From an uncultured archaeon (GTDB taxonomy: Archaea > Asgardarchaeota > Thorarchaeia > Thorarchaeales > Thorarchaeaceae): DNA of 10,482 nt. Location of the stretch: the NCBI GenBank assembly GCA_964631415.1, contig CAZVZC010000053.1, positions 1 to 10,482 on the forward strand. The letters run 5' to 3'. The notes under the pieces were generated by a model. That model worked only from the letters and a program-made list of their open reading frames with translations, did not search any database and was not told the DNA's origin. The first letter of the stretch is position 1; each line of letters begins with the position of its first letter. The translations under genes and the position numbers were made by a program. Of the stretch, positions 6,038-10,482 are shown in pieces.

Positions 6038-7569
6038 CTCGGGTGGCAAAACGCAAAGCAGGGACAAAGAGGAAGGCAAAGCCACCGAGCTTGGACGAGA
6101 TTGAGGCCGCCGCTGTCGCCGGCCTTCGAGATATTGCTTGGCGTCTCGACTCTCCTGACATGGCAGTAACGTATGAGGCGGCAGCTAAGATGTCCACGTT
6201 TCCTGTGACGAGGTCTCTGCTCCCTAGGGCCATGAGCGCCATCAAAGCTGACGACCCGATTGTCCGGAAGGCCGCCTTGGGGATGGCTGGAATGAACGCC
6301 TACGGCTCATATGTCAATGAACTGGTGACGCTGATGAAGGGCGTGAACCCGGCTGATCGCGAGCAGGTCCTTCAGGTCATCGAACAGAGAATGAGACAGA
6401 CTGGGGGACTTGGGTCTACTTCGGAGCAGAAGCGGTGGGTCGACGCGCTTGAAGGACTTGGCAGAGAGCACCAGCCCACGGTTTTTGGCATCATGGCACT
6501 TCTTGGACCACAAGGGACTCAGTGGGTGAGAACGCTGATTACTGAGAGAGTGGAAACCTTGCACCCAGGTGCAGTCCAGAGACTGACTGCCTTCACCGAA
6601 CCGACTCGCGACGCATTGCTGAAGGGTTTGTGTCAGAGGTCTGCAGAGAAGAAGCGTGAGTTGCTGCCATATATCTGCGGGTTGATTGACACAAAGACGA
6701 TTCAGTATCTCACACCCTTCCTGAAAACGGGCGACTGGCATGATAGATCTGAGGTTGCGGAAACTGTGGGAAAGCTGGGCATCATCTCCCCGGCCGGAAT
6801 TGTGATGGACATAGTCGCTGATGCCGACTGGCGCGTCAAGCAAGCGTTCTTGAAGGACCTGAACATTGCATCGTCGAAGTTCGCGGCCTTGCTGAAGATT
6901 CTCGGATACCTTGTCGGGGATTCACACACAAGAGTGGGAGGACTGGCTGAGAGGTGCCTGCTAAGACTGGGGTCTGAGCTGTGTCGTGGCTCCACAATCG
7001 AGGCGCAGCAGAAGAGGATCGAAAAGGAGTTCAGAGCGCATCTTCTGAAAGCTGCAGATGCTAACAAGGACATCCAGTCAGACTGGCTTGGTGTGAGCCT
7101 TGTTGAAACATTCCCTATTCCAGTCTTCTCCGAGCAGGAAGAAGAGTTGACTAAGGGCATCGAGAGAGCCCAGGGTGTGAGTCTAGAAGACATTGGAGGT
7201 CCTAAGCCGGGTGCTGCGCCAGAAACCCCGAAGAAGGACAGTCGTTTCGATCTGATGGCTGCTCTCATTGGTGCTCGCCAAGCCGCCAAAGCTCCGGAGG
7301 CTCCTCAAGAGCAAGCATCTTCGTCGACAGAACATGTTTCGCCTCTTCCGGTTTCGGGTTCGACTCCAACAGACCGATTCATGATGCTGCTGAGGAGTAT
7401 GACAGCGATATCCGGGAAGGAAGTCTCCATCTCCAAGCTGAAGGAGAACGCCGTTTCATCGGGGCTGACAGAGCAGGAGTTCGACACCACACTTGAACAG
7501 CTTGAGCGGGATGGGATTGTCTATCGCTCAAGAAAGGGTTCAGTAAGCATTGTCGACATCGAAGTCTAG
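6034..7569 (+). CDS. HEAT-repeat protein with a C-terminal winged-helix domain
   Basis: HEAT-like units include DDPIVRKAALGMAG, GDWHDRSEVAETVGKLG, DADWRVKQAFLKDL and GDSHTRVGGLAERCLLRLG. A P/A/E/S-rich linker leads to the C-terminal GLTEQEFDTTLEQLERDGIVYRSRKGSVSIV. GAGGAG RBS at 6026-6031. Confidence 0.8.
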   Translation: MTRVAKRKAGTKRKAKPPSLDEIEAAAVAGLRDIAWRLDSPDMAVTYEAAAKMSTFPVTRSLLPRAMSAIKADDPIVRKAALGMAGMNAYGSYVNELVTLMKGVNPADREQVLQVIEQRMRQTGGLGSTSEQKRWVDALEGLGREHQPTVFGIMALLGPQGTQWVRTLITERVETLHPGAVQRLTAFTEPTRDALLKGLCQRSAEKKRELLPYICGLIDTKTIQYLTPFLKTGDWHDRSEVAETVGKLGIISPAGIVMDIVADADWRVKQAFLKDLNIASSKFAALLKILGYLVGDSHTRVGGLAERCLLRLGSELCRGSTIEAQQKRIEKEFRAHLLKAADANKDIQSDWLGVSLVETFPIPVFSEQEEELTKGIERAQGVSLEDIGGPKPGAAPETPKKDSRFDLMAALIGARQAAKAPEAPQEQASSSTEHVSPLPVSGSTPTDRFMMLLRSMTAISGKEVSISKLKENAVSSGLTEQEFDTTLEQLERDGIVYRSRKGSVSIVDIEV

Positions 7570-7667
7570 GCTGACGTGTTCCGTCTTCTCGGACAAGAAA
7601 CAAGTTTCGATGGGCAAAGACTAATGTGCTGGGTCTACATGAAACGCATGTAGGCGAGGTGCCGCAT

Positions 7668-9017
7668 ATGGTCCAGTCGGTTTTAGTCAAGGGTGGCTTG
7701 GTAGTGACCGGGGACTCTCAGGGCAGAGTGATCCCTGGCGGCTTTGTGAGGATTGAGGGAAACAGGATATCTGAGGTTGGCAAGGGAATACCTCGCCTGA
7801 AGTCAGACGAAACCATAGACGCATCGAGGAATGTAATCATCCCGGGTCTGATAACAGCGCACACACATCTCTATGGCATTCTCCTAAGGGGCGCGACCCT
7901 TGGCATAGAGCCCCCTACAGACTTTGCCCAGGTCCTTCAGCGCGTGTGGTGGCCTCTTGACGAAGCTCTGACCCTTGATGACGCAAAGGCTAGCTCTCTG
8001 GCTGCATCAGCAGACATGCTCCGCAATGGATCTACATTCTATGCGGATACCTATTCAGGTCCGAACTCGATTGACGGTGTGCTGGACGGTATTTCGGATG
8101 CCGCCTCCGAAGTGGGCATCCGTTCAATGCTGGCGTTTGAAATCACTGAACGAAACAGCCCCCAAGAAGCGGAGCGCGGTCTGCAGGAGAATGTGAGATT
8201 TGCTCAGCGCTGTTTCAAGGAGAAAGGCCTCTCGTCAGCGATGATGAGCCTCCACGCCTCGTTCACGGTGAGCGATGAGCTCATCACAAGGGCAGTGACA
8301 CGAGCATCTGGCCTCGAAATCCCTGTGACCATCCATACTTCTGAAGGCCTGGTGGACGTTTATCACAATCTTGAGAAACACGGAGAGAGGACAGTCGAGC
8401 GTCTAAACAGACTCGGTGTGCTGAAACGTCGTACTGTACTGGCTCACTGCGTACATGTCACTGCGCCAGAGATTGAGATGATGGCGCGGCAGGGTGTGGG
8501 TGTCGCGCATAACCCAATGAGCAACATGCTCAATGCGGTCGGTACTTCGCCAGTACCCGACATGCTCGCACGACGAATCCCGGTTGGTCTTGGCAATGAC
8601 GGTTGGATCTATGACCCGTTCGAGAATATGAGGTGTGCATTGACGGTTCATCGGCTTGCAGCATGGAACCCCAGCGTCATGACTGCCGAACAAGTGTTCA
8701 GAATGGCCACTCTTGATGGGGCCCGATGCTATGGGCTTGACCGGGAGCTGGGTAGCATCGAAGCTGGAAAGATGGCGGACATCGTTCTCCTTGGTGTTTC
8801 AAGAGTGCCGACGCCACTCGATGCCAGTTCGGTCATTGGCCACCTAGTCAACACATTCGGCGGCAGGGATGTGGAACGTGTGATTGTTGATGGAAGAACC
8901 GTTGTAGACCATGGGCGACTGTCACTGATTTCAGATGACGAAGTCGCAAAGAGATGTCAGAAAACGACTCAGGACCTATGGTCAAGACTATCAAAAAGAA
9001 GCACTAAGAAACCGTGA
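7668..9017 (+). CDS. Metal-dependent amidohydrolase, SsnA/MtaD(TRZ/ATZ)-like deaminase family
   Basis: Metal-ligand motifs HTHLY, LHASFT, IHTSEG, AHCVH and GLGNDG, plus HNPMSNMLNAVG and GSIEAGKMADIV. FAQVLQRVWWPLDEAL resembles the SsnA subgroup. The ATG at 7668, preceded by GAGGTG (7656-7661), is preferred over the GTG at 7626. Confidence 0.92.
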   Translation: MVQSVLVKGGLVVTGDSQGRVIPGGFVRIEGNRISEVGKGIPRLKSDETIDASRNVIIPGLITAHTHLYGILLRGATLGIEPPTDFAQVLQRVWWPLDEALTLDDAKASSLAASADMLRNGSTFYADTYSGPNSIDGVLDGISDAASEVGIRSMLAFEITERNSPQEAERGLQENVRFAQRCFKEKGLSSAMMSLHASFTVSDELITRAVTRASGLEIPVTIHTSEGLVDVYHNLEKHGERTVERLNRLGVLKRRTVLAHCVHVTAPEIEMMARQGVGVAHNPMSNMLNAVGTSPVPDMLARRIPVGLGNDGWIYDPFENMRCALTVHRLAAWNPSVMTAEQVFRMATLDGARCYGLDRELGSIEAGKMADIVLLGVSRVPTPLDASSVIGHLVNTFGGRDVERVIVDGRTVVDHGRLSLISDDEVAKRCQKTTQDLWSRLSKRSTKKP

Positions 9018-9044
9018 CTTATACAGTCGGAGCCCGTTTGTATG

Positions 9045-9072
9045 AAAAAGGATACAGGGGCTAATGCCCCTG
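9045..9072 (-). terminator. Hairpin plus U-tract terminator between convergent genes
   Basis: The minus strand reads CAGGGGC-ATTA-GCCCCTG (9055-9072) then TATCCTTTTT, starting 6 nt after the stop of the 9079-9777 gene. Confidence 0.7.
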
Positions 9073-9078
9073 AGTATT

Positions 9079-9777
9079 CTACTTTCTCTTCATGCAGACG
9101 ACTGCACCAAGAATGACGATTACGCCCACTCCAATTCCCACAAGCAGGATGTTGTCCTGTAGCATCACGATCAGGTCGTTTGGCAGACCGGTTCGGATGG
9201 CACTCAGGTTGAGTATCTCAGTTGAGTTGGAAACATAGGTGGTCTTCATCGTATACTTTGCCAAGAAGCCGTCTGACTTCAGATACGATGCTGCCAAGGT
9301 AAGCCTCTGACCGCCTGACGCATATGTGAGTGACATTCCCCAGTAGGCTGAATTGGTGGTGAATGTGGTTGTGTCGTTCCAGAGAATGTAAGTCTGGACG
9401 ACCTCAGTCATGAGCGTCCAGTTACCCATTGGGACAGCAAAGTGTTCTCCAACAAGAACCAGCAGGCCCAAGAACAAGAGACCGTACATTCCCAAGTCAG
9501 TCCCATTGGTCCACTTCATACTGTAGTCGATTTCTGGTACCTGAGTCCAATCTGTAATGACATTGGGGATTGTGGGAGGTGTATCTGTCACCAGAATGTA
9601 CATACCTTCGTGGAGGCCAAGATCCTCTTCGACGCTCACGGCATCCATCGTGAAATTGAACTGATCATTATCTGCAACTCCCCACGAAAGATTCTGGGAG
9701 GTCGCCGCAGCAGCTGGTGAAACAGCAAACATCAAGACGGTAGCCACAGCTACCAGCCACACAAGCGTGCGTTTCAT
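9079..9777 (-). CDS. Exported, C-terminally membrane-anchored cell-surface glycoprotein
   Basis: Sec signal peptide (MKRTLVWLVAVATVLMFAVSPAAA), seven N-x-S/T sequons, and a C-terminal TM helix (ILLVGIGVGVIVILGAVVC) followed by MKRK. Confidence 0.88.
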   Translation of the reverse strand: MKRTLVWLVAVATVLMFAVSPAAAATSQNLSWGVADNDQFNFTMDAVSVEEDLGLHEGMYILVTDTPPTIPNVITDWTQVPEIDYSMKWTNGTDLGMYGLLFLGLLVLVGEHFAVPMGNWTLMTEVVQTYILWNDTTTFTTNSAYWGMSLTYASGGQRLTLAASYLKSDGFLAKYTMKTTYVSNSTEILNLSAIRTGLPNDLIVMLQDNILLVGIGVGVIVILGAVVCMKRK

Positions 9778-10184
9778 ATTCTTCCATCCTTTTGTACCAC
9801 ATCTCCAGTGGCAGTCGAACGGTCAACGGGGTTGCAGAAAAGCTTTCGCCTAATCTCCTTCGCAGGATGGTTCTGCAATCTTCTCTTTGAGTGAACACAA
9901 TCGACCGCGAGAACTCTTGCGTGTTAGCAGTGGCAGCTGGAAACGAAAGCAACATCACCTAGATGATGAGGGTGTCCAGAACCTCCGGAATGTGTCTTAT
10001 CTGATTGTTTTTCGCCGTGATGACTCGTGAGTCGTAGTGCTTCAATTGCCTGTGAAGAGATGATCTCTCTGTCGTCGAAGCCGAATCCATGGGCTCCATA
10101 GCGGGAGTGTTGTATCCAATCGGTGCCGAATACGTGTACCACTCAATAGGGTTTTGAGCTTGTTCGGTCGAGATTTTGCCAACA

Positions 10185-10482
10185 ATGTCTAACGAGAAAC
10201 CAGGCTACATTTACGATGGACCCATCTTTGACGCCCATTCTCATGCAGCGGATGAAACTGCTTTGCGGCTGATGATGGAGGTCGCCGCACAGTATGGCGT
10301 AGAGAGAAGACTCCTCATCTTACACAATGCCAAGCCCGCAGCATTCGAAGAGAAGTACCCTGATCGTTTCGTTTTTGCCAGGTTTCTCATGATCTCGAAC
10401 TTGCTCCCGTTGGAACCCGACAAGCTAAAGGCAGAAATCGATTCAATGGCTGTGGATCGGTACAGCGTCGCGAAGATGCACT
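10185..10482 (+). CDS. Amidohydrolase-2 family TIM-barrel metallohydrolase, N-terminal part (runs off the right edge)
   Basis: Manual translation MSNEKPGYIYDGPIFDAHSHAADETALRLMMEVAAQYGVERRLLILHNAKPAAFEEKYPDRFVFARF...SVAKMH shows the DxHxH metal motif, YPDRF and KxH. Not in the ORF track. Confidence 0.85.
   Translation, partial: MSNEKPGYIYDGPIFDAHSHAADETALRLMMEVAAQYGVERRLLILHNAKPAAFEEKYPDRFVFARFLMISNLLPLEPDKLKAEIDSMAVDRYSVAKMH

Noticed and set aside
7237-7290. DSRFDLMAALIGAR helix resembling an actin-binding WH2 motif
   Set aside because: It lacks the following LKKT/V-type motif. It may still be a short linear interaction helix.
4269-7690. Long antisense ORFs (216, 164, 178 and 195 aa, and others)
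   Set aside because: They lie opposite well-supported plus-strand genes and show no motifs.
9778-10184. Short ORFs in the 407-bp divergent intergenic region (72 aa, 96 aa, and a 43-aa minus-strand frame ending QIRHIPEVLDTLII)
   Set aside because: None has a convincing motif or RBS. The region is probably divergent promoter sequence or an unrecognisable gene remnant.

Overview
A gene-dense window of moderate GC content that reads as archaeal chromosome. The surface-protein architecture, TATA-like promoters and gene families suggest an Asgard (Thorarchaeota-like) genome, but that is inference only. In order it holds: the 5' end of an MFS transporter (-, not in the ORF track); a ~59-bp-period duplication; a class I/II PLP aminotransferase split by a one-base frameshift in the NPTG motif; a DUF362 Fe-S protein; a hairpin- and repeat-rich region around an unannotated 57-aa membrane protein; a coiled-coil protein overlapping an SGNH/GDSL hydrolase; a coupled pair of unknown genes; an SsnA-like amidohydrolase; a convergent cell-surface glycoprotein; and the 5' end of an amidohydrolase-2 gene (not in the ORF track). 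The best candidate for an undescribed system is the pair at 5123-7569. It encodes a 304-aa protein whose tail has a PIP-box-like motif and an NLS-like basic motif, and a 511-aa HEAT-repeat protein ending in an MCM-like winged helix. No tRNA, rRNA, CRISPR array or transposase was recognised.
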